A stretch of 48,510 nucleotides of DNA. Origin: Nitrospinota bacterium. GTDB taxonomy: Bacteria > Nitrospinota > Nitrospinia > Nitrospinales > VA-1. Position numbers and translations under genes: made by a program. Location of the stretch: assembly GCA_038108555.1 (NCBI GenBank), contig JAYNIA010000014.1:1-48510 (forward strand). The letters run 5' to 3'. The notes beneath the pieces were generated by a model. That model made no database searches. It was not told the origin of the DNA and saw nothing but the letters and a program-made list of their open reading frames with translations. Within the stretch, counting starts at the first letter, position 1. Each line of letters opens with the position of its first letter. Shown piece after piece: positions 18,637 to 26,569 of this stretch.

Positions 18637-19479
18637 ATGAAGATCGAAGATGTTGTTGACGACTGGGTTGCAAGTCCGCCGGATCTTTATTTTAAGCTCA
18701 AAGAAGTGATTGAAGACCCTGAAAGCTCATTTAAGGATATTGGAGGGGTGATCCTTCACGACCCGGCTCTTTGTGCGCGGATTTTAAAAATATCGAATAG
18801 TCCTCTTTTTAATTCCGAGTCTGAGGTTGAAACGATTGAACATGCATTGACTTTTATAGGGATGAATCAATTAGAGGAATTGGTTCTGGGTACCGTGGTG
18901 ATGGAAACTTTTAAGGGTATCCCGGTTGATTTGATAGATATCAATTCATTCTGGAAACACAGCATTGCTTGTGCTTTAACCGCCCGATTGATTGCCGAAC
19001 ATATTAACGAACCGGACCGGGAAAGATTTTACCTGCTTGGGATATTGCACGATATTGGTAGTCTGGTTATTTATAAAAAAGCACCCAAAGCTGCAAAACA
19101 GGCTTTAGACCTAAGTGAGGAAGGTTCAAAACCTTTATTTGAGGTTGAGACTCAGGTGCACGGTTTTAACCATGCAGAAGCAGGTGCTGCCCTGTTTCAT
19201 GCCTGGAGATTGCCCGAACGGTTGATTGAAGTGGTGGCCTGCCACCATTCCCCTCGAAAGTCCAAAAAATATTTAAGGGATGCTTCCATAATCCAACTGG
19301 CAGATATTATTTCCCACGAATTGGATTTGCAGGGAACGGGGGAAGGTTATTCGTCACCTATTGATGACGCCCTTCTTGAAGAATTGGGGCTTGCGGCAGA
19401 GGATGTGGATCAAATAAAAGAACAGTTAAAAGATCAGTTTGAACAAACGGCCGAAGTGTTTTTGTCTGCAACTTCTTGA
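18637..19479 (+). CDS. HDOD domain protein
   Basis: DPAL.ARILK.SNS, FWKHS, GILHDIG, HAEAGA and W.LP motifs; GGAG RBS. Confidence 0.93.
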   Translation: MKIEDVVDDWVASPPDLYFKLKEVIEDPESSFKDIGGVILHDPALCARILKISNSPLFNSESEVETIEHALTFIGMNQLEELVLGTVVMETFKGIPVDLIDINSFWKHSIACALTARLIAEHINEPDRERFYLLGILHDIGSLVIYKKAPKAAKQALDLSEEGSKPLFEVETQVHGFNHAEAGAALFHAWRLPERLIEVVACHHSPRKSKKYLRDASIIQLADIISHELDLQGTGEGYSSPIDDALLEELGLAAEDVDQIKEQLKDQFEQTAEVFLSATS

Positions 19480-19500
19480 TTGGGTTTGGAATCTTTAGTG

Positions 19501-20847
19501 ATGGTGTTTAAAAGAATAATTTGTTCATTGTTTTTTTGGGGATGGATCCTTGTTCCAACACTTGCTTTTGCGGAATTGGATGATTCATTTATGCAGGCAG
19601 TTTTCGATGGGGATACCAAAAAAGCAGCATTTCTTCTCGATTCGGGTGCGGATATCGAAACCCGTACCAAAAAAGGAAGTACAGCTTTGATCGTTGCCTC
19701 GGCCAGGGGAGATTCCGAAATGATCAAGTTTTTGCTGGATCGGGGATCAAAAGTAAACTCCAAAAACCGGTACGATGATACGGCTCTGTTACTGTGCTCT
19801 ACCCGTGGAAATAATTTTTGCGTAAAAAGTCTCCTTGAAAAAGATGTCGATGTAAATGCAAGAAACATGCATGGTTGGAGTCCGTTGGCAAGGGCAGCGC
19901 GCTATGGTCATATGGAGACGATGCAGTTGTTAATCAAGCAGGGCGCAAACATAGAAAATCAACTCAATGATGGAGCGACGCCTTTATTGATGGCCGCAGG
20001 GGAAGAACATATCGGCGCGGTTCATTTGTTGTTGGAAAAAGGGGCCAATGTCCATGCTAAAGATTACGATGGTAATCAACCCATATTGCTTGCTGCCCTG
20101 ACGGGGCGTGCAGATATTATGGAACTCCTCATTTCAAAGGGAGCGGATATAAACACCAGAAATTCTTTTGGGGATCCCATTATATTTTTAGCCATCGAAC
20201 GGGGTTTTTCCGATTGCGTAAAACTGTTGATCGAATCCGGAATAAATGTGGAATTTCGCAGCCCTAAAGGTTGGACTCCCTTAATGCGTGCTGCCAAATA
20301 TGGTCGTGACAAAACTGCGAACCTTTTGATTGAGAAAGGTGCCGATGTGAATTCTGTAAGCAGAGGGGGAGCCACTGCTTTAATGATCGCTTCGGAAAAG
20401 GGCCATTTGGATGTTGTAAAACTCTTGATTGAAAAAAACGCAAATGTAAATGCGAAAAGTAAAAACGGAGCAACTCCTATTATCAGTGCAGCTGCGGGTG
20501 GGCATGAAGATATTGTTTCCTACTTGCTGAAAAAAGGAGCAGAAATCCACACTCATATAAGAAACGGATCTACCGCTTTGATGGTCGCCGCCGAAAGAGG
20601 ACATTTGGACACCGTAAAAGTTTTGATGGATCAGGGAGCAGATATTCAAGCGCGTAGCCATCAGGGATGGACTCCTTTGATGGTTGCTGCAGCAGGGGGG
20701 CACGCGGAAATTACCCGTTTGTTTTTGGACAAGGGGGCTAAATGGGATGTGAAATCCAAAGCGGGTTGGACCCCATTGAAGGTCGCTGCTAAATTAGGTA
20801 AGAAAGAAGTGTATCAGCAACTCATTGCTGCCGGTGCAAGAAGGTAA
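19501..20847 (+). CDS. Secreted ankyrin-repeat protein (about 13 repeats)
   Basis: Signal peptide (..LAFA) followed by 13 tandem 33-aa G.TPL..AA..G....V..LL..GA repeats. Confidence 0.95.
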   Translation: MVFKRIICSLFFWGWILVPTLAFAELDDSFMQAVFDGDTKKAAFLLDSGADIETRTKKGSTALIVASARGDSEMIKFLLDRGSKVNSKNRYDDTALLLCSTRGNNFCVKSLLEKDVDVNARNMHGWSPLARAARYGHMETMQLLIKQGANIENQLNDGATPLLMAAGEEHIGAVHLLLEKGANVHAKDYDGNQPILLAALTGRADIMELLISKGADINTRNSFGDPIIFLAIERGFSDCVKLLIESGINVEFRSPKGWTPLMRAAKYGRDKTANLLIEKGADVNSVSRGGATALMIASEKGHLDVVKLLIEKNANVNAKSKNGATPIISAAAGGHEDIVSYLLKKGAEIHTHIRNGSTALMVAAERGHLDTVKVLMDQGADIQARSHQGWTPLMVAAAGGHAEITRLFLDKGAKWDVKSKAGWTPLKVAAKLGKKEVYQQLIAAGARR

Positions 20848-20852
20848 AGCCT

Positions 20853-23060
20853 TCAATTTTTCTCTATTAGATTGTCACGGATTATTTTAAGAAGGCCGAC
20901 ATTTTGGGTATGACCCGACTTGCTGGCTTTTATTTTTCCACGAATGGGTCTTCCCAGTAAATAAAAGTCCCCCAGGATATCCAAAATTTTGTGGCGTGGA
21001 AACTCATCTTCAAAACGCAATTTGGTATTTAAAACCTTCTTGTCCCCTAACAAAATAAAATTGTCGAGTTTCCCTCCAGAGGCATAGCCCATTTTTGTAA
21101 GCTGTGCTACTTCTTCCATGAAACCGAAGGTACGGGCCGGTGCAATTTCTTTCTTGAAACTTTCATCTCCCTGAAATTCAAAAGTGAAATCCTGAACTCC
21201 AATGGGTTCTGGATATTCCATATGGTAGCTGACTGAAAAATTGTCGCTGGGTTCGATCGAAATATAGGGTTCGCCTTTTTCCTTGTTGCCAAAAGAATAG
21301 CTTTTGTCAACCACGATCTCTTCATAGAAATCGTCCTGATCTTCAAATTCACCGTCTTCAAGAAGTTCGCAGAAATCTTTGGCTGAACCATCCATAACCG
21401 GTGCTTCATCACCAATTTTAATGAGAAGGTTTGTAACCCGGTACATGTGTAATGTTGCCATTATGTGTTCAATCGTTCCCACAGAATTTGCACCTCTTTT
21501 CAAGCAGGTGGAATAGTCCGTCGATTGAACGTTTTCCAACTGTGCAGGGATGGTGTTTCCAGATGCGATGTCACCAAAGATAATCCCGCTGCCGGGTGGC
21601 ATGGGTTGTAGGATGAGTCCTGTTTTAATTCCGGAATGCAGGCTGCTGCCGCAAAGAACAACACTTCTTTTTAAGGTTCGTTGTGGGTATTTTTTTTGCG
21701 GCGAAGCTGAGCTGGCTTCCTGTAACTCTATGGAATGAAATTTTAGTTTTTCCTGAAATTGGGTTTTGCTGGTTTTTAAAACCTTGCAGGTTTCGTCAAT
21801 ATTCCAGTTGTTTCTTTTTAGATGGTGAAGAATAAAATGCTTTTCCCAAATCGATTCGGCTTCCTGAAGTGATCCTGCCTCGTTAAAGGAACTGATATCG
21901 ATTTGATTTTGGGGTTTCCAGATTTCCGAGGGTAAATCCTTAATGCTTATTGTTTTCTGGTTGGCGCAAGTCAGAATCAATTTTTCTAAAACCGTTCTCA
22001 GTTCTTTAATGTTTCCCGGCCAGCTATATCTGCAAAGTGCAGTGAAGACATCTTCTTCGATAGTTGGAAGTGAAGAGTTTGTTTCACGCTTTTTCTCCTC
22101 CCAAAAGTCTTTCGCAATTAAAGAAATACTGGCTGCATGATTCCTCAGTGGGGGAATGGCCAGACGGGTTTCTTTAAAGCATTCAAGCAATCCTTGATGA
22201 AACCGACCCTTTTCAGCCAGTTCGTTGAGGTCTTCAGAAGATGAAATGAAAATTCTTTCGGGCAAAAACTCAAAGCTGGAGTCAGGATCGGTTGCGTTTT
22301 GTAATGCATCTGCAATTTTTTCCTGAAGGCCCTTGCTGAGGGATTCAATATTGCTCAGATAAACAACCTTGGCTCCTGTTGGGGATTGGGCTGTTGATGT
22401 GGTTTTTTTGTCTTTTCGTTGGAACAGTTGGGATTGAATAGCCTGCTTTTGTCGATAAGTGCAATTCAGTTTTACAAAAGGAAGGCTGCCAATCCTGCTT
22501 TGGGAATGGATGGTCCGCGCAACGGTTTCTTTCCCAGTCCCCGTTTCGCCCAATAGCAATACAGGCTTGGCATGTTTTGCCAGGGCCTTGATCCCCTTTT
22601 TAACTTCGACCATGGATTCGAAGCAATAGGGAAGTTCCTTTAGGTCCTGAGGTGACTTGACCTCTGCAGCCTGGACAGATTTCTTTTCTTGTAGAACATT
22701 TTGAATGGACTCGGTGATCCGATCGAGAGAGAAAGGTTTTTCAATAAAATCCTGAGCCCCAAGTTTTGTAGCTTTAACGGCAGTGTCTATTGTGCCGTGC
22801 CCGGACATAATCAAAACTTCAACTCCCGGATTATAGGTTTTTAAAGTCTTTAAAACTTCAATGCCATCCATCCCGGGCAGCCATATGTCGAGTAAAACGA
22901 GATCGGGCGGGTCTTTCTGAATTAATTCCAAAGCCTCTACACCGTCACCTGTCATTGAAACATCATACCCTTCGTCAGATAAGATGCCTGTAAGAGAACT
23001 GACAATATTTTTTTCGTCGTCAACGATTAGGATGCGTTCTTTAGTCAAACTTTTCTCCAA
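20853..23060 (-). CDS. lpxC: Fusion of response regulator REC, degenerate sigma54-type AAA+ and HTH domains to UDP-3-O-acyl-GlcNAc deacetylase LpxC
   Basis: N-terminal IVDDE/LLDIWLP/SGHG/EKP; GETGTGKE and WPGNIKEL; from residue ~460 QRTL, LHSG, TIEH, P.MDGS, IAPARTFGF, HKILDILGD and SGH. Confidence 0.93.
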   Translation of the reverse strand: MEKSLTKERILIVDDEKNIVSSLTGILSDEGYDVSMTGDGVEALELIQKDPPDLVLLDIWLPGMDGIEVLKTLKTYNPGVEVLIMSGHGTIDTAVKATKLGAQDFIEKPFSLDRITESIQNVLQEKKSVQAAEVKSPQDLKELPYCFESMVEVKKGIKALAKHAKPVLLLGETGTGKETVARTIHSQSRIGSLPFVKLNCTYRQKQAIQSQLFQRKDKKTTSTAQSPTGAKVVYLSNIESLSKGLQEKIADALQNATDPDSSFEFLPERIFISSSEDLNELAEKGRFHQGLLECFKETRLAIPPLRNHAASISLIAKDFWEEKKRETNSSLPTIEEDVFTALCRYSWPGNIKELRTVLEKLILTCANQKTISIKDLPSEIWKPQNQIDISSFNEAGSLQEAESIWEKHFILHHLKRNNWNIDETCKVLKTSKTQFQEKLKFHSIELQEASSASPQKKYPQRTLKRSVVLCGSSLHSGIKTGLILQPMPPGSGIIFGDIASGNTIPAQLENVQSTDYSTCLKRGANSVGTIEHIMATLHMYRVTNLLIKIGDEAPVMDGSAKDFCELLEDGEFEDQDDFYEEIVVDKSYSFGNKEKGEPYISIEPSDNFSVSYHMEYPEPIGVQDFTFEFQGDESFKKEIAPARTFGFMEEVAQLTKMGYASGGKLDNFILLGDKKVLNTKLRFEDEFPRHKILDILGDFYLLGRPIRGKIKASKSGHTQNVGLLKIIRDNLIEKN

Positions 23061-23065
23061 TGGTT

Positions 23066-23716
23066 TCAGGTGACAGAGGTCACCGCTGCCTGCTTTAAAT
23101 ATTCAAGGTAAAATATCTTTTCGCCGGCATTTATAAAGTTTTTTTCGTATTTTGATTTGGGAAGATTATTGCGCTCTTTAAGAAAACCCTGATTGTCATC
23201 CAGATTTTGCAACAGGGTTTCAGAATTTAAGTAGTCCAGCATTTCATGCGCATAGTTTTCGCTATCCGTGGCCAAACAGACCCTTCCTTCCGGACTCAGC
23301 TTGTTCGCCAATTGGAGAATAAATTCCGGTTTGATCAGTCTTCTTTTTATATGTCTTTTTTTAGGCCATGGATCAGGGAAATTGATATAAACCGTATCCA
23401 ATTCCCCCTCTTGAAACAGATAAGGGATTTTATTTCTGATATCCCCATAAACAATCCGAATGTTTTTTAACTGAAGGTTTTTAATGCGGGTCATTATTTT
23501 TCGGATACCCTTATGATAAAAATCTATCCCTATAAAATTACTTGTGGGCTCTTTGGCTGCCATCTCAATCAGGAAGCTTCCCATCCCAAAGCCAATTTCA
23601 AGCTTTAATGGATGGGAATTACCAAAATGAGTCGGCCAATCCGGCCTTTCATCCATATCCAGAAAAAAGGGATCGTGTTCGGCTATTTGTGCAAACGATA
23701 TCAGTGGTTTTCCCAT
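23066..23716 (-). CDS. trmB: tRNA (guanine-N7)-methyltransferase TrmB
   Basis: LEIGFGMG, NFPDPWPKKRHIKRRL, ATD and SKYE motifs. Confidence 0.96.
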   Translation of the reverse strand: MGKPLISFAQIAEHDPFFLDMDERPDWPTHFGNSHPLKLEIGFGMGSFLIEMAAKEPTSNFIGIDFYHKGIRKIMTRIKNLQLKNIRIVYGDIRNKIPYLFQEGELDTVYINFPDPWPKKRHIKRRLIKPEFILQLANKLSPEGRVCLATDSENYAHEMLDYLNSETLLQNLDDNQGFLKERNNLPKSKYEKNFINAGEKIFYLEYLKQAAVTSVT

Positions 23717-23728
23717 TAGCTTTTAAAC

Positions 23729-24214
23729 TTAATCCTCATCGACTGGAAAATCATGTATGGTGATAACTTTCAAAACTTCAAATTCCAACCTGTTGTCAGG
23801 GAGAGGCACGATAACATCATCCCCTTCCTGTTTTCCTACCAGAGCGCGGCCTACGGGTGAGGCCGGGGAAAGCTTTCTTTCATCGGGGTTCACTTCTTCG
23901 GGAAAAACCAAATGGTATTTATTTTCTTCACCGGTGTTTAAATCGCGGAGGTAAAGGGTGCTTCCCAGTCCGGAACGGTCATTGGGTATCTGGTCCAGAT
24001 TAATGGATGTGATATCGCTGATTCTTTTTTGTAAAAGTGAAACCCGGGACTCTAATAACATTTGTCTTTCTTTTGCTGCCTTATATTCTGCGTTTTCACT
24101 CAAGTCGCCATGTTCACGCGCAGTTTTAATGGCTTGAGGTATGTCCACCTGCAATTCTTTGTGGGCATCTTTTAAATCTTGCTCTAGTTTGTCCAAAATA
24201 GGAAGCCGAGCCAT
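23729..24214 (-). CDS. greA: Transcription elongation factor GreA
   Basis: AREHGDLSENAEYKAAKE and SPVGRALVGK motifs. Confidence 0.93.
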   Translation of the reverse strand: MARLPILDKLEQDLKDAHKELQVDIPQAIKTAREHGDLSENAEYKAAKERQMLLESRVSLLQKRISDITSINLDQIPNDRSGLGSTLYLRDLNTGEENKYHLVFPEEVNPDERKLSPASPVGRALVGKQEGDDVIVPLPDNRLEFEVLKVITIHDFPVDED

Positions 24215-24616
24215 AACGAATTCAACTCCAAAAAAACGTTTTAAAATTATTTTACCTTGGGTTTTAAAAAAAGACCATTTGGCGTAGTTTGTAAAGTTGC
24301 ACAGGTATGAAAAAAAGTGCTGGGAATTGATTGAAAAACCCGGAAAGTTAAACTGAAAAAATTCCCTAAATCATTTAAACGTGACCCTTTACATGAAAAA
24401 GGTAACTTATTGTAGGGGGTGAATTGGTTTGCGGTCAACAAAAATATATTGCTTTGTTTATTGAGATTTAATGGTGCCGAGCTACTCCCTCCACTCAGGT
24501 TTAAATGCTTGACCTGTAAAAGGATAAGTGGATAGAATGTCAAATTAGTCAAATTATTTTCGTTTTTAACCCCAAATCAATGAGTTTCATCATTGATTTT
24601 TTTTACCAGATGCAGG

Positions 24617-25471
24617 ATGAAAGAGAACCTTCTAAAATTATTGGAAACAACGGGAGATTTACCTCCTTTGTCGGATGTTCTTCTGAATCTGGAAAATCGG
24701 GTCAATGACCCCAATAGTGATATTGAAGAAATTTCGGGCCTAATTCAGACGGAACCGGTTTTGTCCGGGAGGCTGATAAAGCTTTCAAACAGTGTACTTT
24801 TTGGGGGTGGAAGAGATGAAGTCCATGACTTGAATGAAGCTATCATGCGATTGGGGATGAAGATGGTCCTGGATCTGGCCTACACCCTGGAACTACCCAA
24901 GGCTTTTAAAAAATCGAAGGCTTTTGACCATATCCAATTCTGGAAGCATTCCCTGGGGGTGGCCTATTTGTCGAGGGCTTTGGCTATTCATTTGGGTTCT
25001 CCCAAAGAAGACCTGGATGCAAGTTATCTGGCGGGACTCATGCATGATGTGGGAGTGCTCGTATTCGACTATTTGATTCCAGAAGAATATTCAAGTTTTA
25101 TTAAAGAGATTGAGGAGAATGAAAAAGCCCTGGGGGAACTGGAAATCGAAAAATTTGGGATTTCCCATTCCGAATTGGGGGCAGAATTCATAGAAAAATG
25201 GTGGCCTGTTTCGGAAACGGTGGTGAAATCGGTGAGAAGGCACCATAATCCGCCCCCAAGGAAGAAAATCAAGCCCGGAATACCCCGTTTGGTGAACTGG
25301 GCCAATCAAATAGCCAATAATAACGAGATTTTAAATGGAATTTCCATGCATTTTCCTCCCATCGACGATAATCTCTTCTCCCGATTGAAATTGGACCGGG
25401 AAGAGTTGAATTTGATAGTGACCAAAACCAAAGAGGGGGTCGAGGCTGCTGAGATGATCCTGAGAAGTTAA
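24617..25471 (+). CDS. HDOD domain protein
   Basis: LPPL, EPVL.GRLIK.SNS, FWKHS, GLMHDVG and HSELGA motifs; start set at ATG 24617. Confidence 0.92.
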   Translation: MKENLLKLLETTGDLPPLSDVLLNLENRVNDPNSDIEEISGLIQTEPVLSGRLIKLSNSVLFGGGRDEVHDLNEAIMRLGMKMVLDLAYTLELPKAFKKSKAFDHIQFWKHSLGVAYLSRALAIHLGSPKEDLDASYLAGLMHDVGVLVFDYLIPEEYSSFIKEIEENEKALGELEIEKFGISHSELGAEFIEKWWPVSETVVKSVRRHHNPPPRKKIKPGIPRLVNWANQIANNNEILNGISMHFPPIDDNLFSRLKLDREELNLIVTKTKEGVEAAEMILRS

Positions 25472-25571
25472 AGAATTGACAAGGAAGGTTTTAAATATTT
25501 GAAATTAGTGGTATAACTTTCCGTTTAACTTAATAAATCAATAAAATCCTGCTGAAAAGCAATTTGAATTT

Positions 25572-26543
25572 ATGGCAGAAGAAGTTTTTAAAGTCAGTTT
25601 TCATGGTGTAAGAGGCTCGATTCCCAGTCCTATAATGCCTGGGGAAGTGGAGGAAAAACTCCTCCGTGCCTGCCAAAAGGCACAGCCTGAAAACCTGAAA
25701 GATGAAGCCGCAATCAGGGATTTTGTCAATGACCTCCCCTTTGAATTAAAAGGGACCTTTGGGGGAAATTCCTCCTGTGTCTCTATGGAGGTAAATGGCG
25801 AACTCCTGATTTTTGATGCCGGTTCCGGGATCAGAATGCTGGGGCAAAGCCTGATGGGTTGCGAGTTTGGCCGCGGGCAAGGGAAAGCCAGTCTCTTCTT
25901 TTCCCATACGCATTGGGACCATATTCTGGGAATCCCGTTTTTTGTTCCGTTTTATATTAAAGGAAATAAATTCACGATCCACAGTCCGCTGCCGGATATT
26001 CGGGAACGCCTTGAAGGCCAGCAAAAATCCGAATATTTCCCCATACCTTTCAGTATTTATGCATCAGACATAGATTTTGAAGTATTGGAAAATAAGACGG
26101 AGATTCAGGTCGGTGATTCAAAAATCACTTGGAAAGGAATGTGCCATCCAGGGCAATGTTATGCCTACCGAGTGGATTGTGGGGATAAATCGGTTGTTTA
26201 TGCCACAGATGCGGAATATAAAAAACTGGGATCTGGAGACCTGAAACCCGCCGTAGAATTTTTTAAAGATGCGGACCTCCTGATTTTCGATTCCATGTAC
26301 ACCTTCAGTGAAGGACTCGAAAAAGAAGACTGGGGCCATAGCTCCACTTTTATTGGAGTCGATCTTGCCGTTGAAGCAAACGTAAAACAAATCGCGTTCT
26401 TTCATCACGAACCTACCTATAGCGATTTCAAGCTGGTTGATATTTTCAAACAGACGGAAAAATATCTGAAACTGGTTGCACCCAAAAAGGATCTTAAAAT
26501 GTTCCTTTCATACGAAGGCCTTACTCTGGACCTGCACCAGTAA
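25572..26543 (+). CDS. MBL-fold metallo-hydrolase (RNase Z/PhnP-like phosphodiesterase group)
   Basis: GVRGSIP, GGNSSC, DAGSG, SHTHWDH, WGHS and FHHEP motifs. Confidence 0.93.
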   Translation: MAEEVFKVSFHGVRGSIPSPIMPGEVEEKLLRACQKAQPENLKDEAAIRDFVNDLPFELKGTFGGNSSCVSMEVNGELLIFDAGSGIRMLGQSLMGCEFGRGQGKASLFFSHTHWDHILGIPFFVPFYIKGNKFTIHSPLPDIRERLEGQQKSEYFPIPFSIYASDIDFEVLENKTEIQVGDSKITWKGMCHPGQCYAYRVDCGDKSVVYATDAEYKKLGSGDLKPAVEFFKDADLLIFDSMYTFSEGLEKEDWGHSSTFIGVDLAVEANVKQIAFFHHEPTYSDFKLVDIFKQTEKYLKLVAPKKDLKMFLSYEGLTLDLHQ

Positions 26544-26569
26544 TAAACTTCACGGGTGGCAAAGAAATT

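Noticed and set aside
21660..21720. Sequencing error or lost stop explaining the regulator-lpxC fusion
   Set aside because: The frame is continuous, there is no start codon or RBS before the LpxC QRTL, and the AAA+ decay suggests an old fusion; not fully excluded without reads
24247..24552. 101-aa minus-strand ORF upstream of greA
   Set aside because: Lies in an AT-rich divergent promoter region, with atypical composition and no motifs
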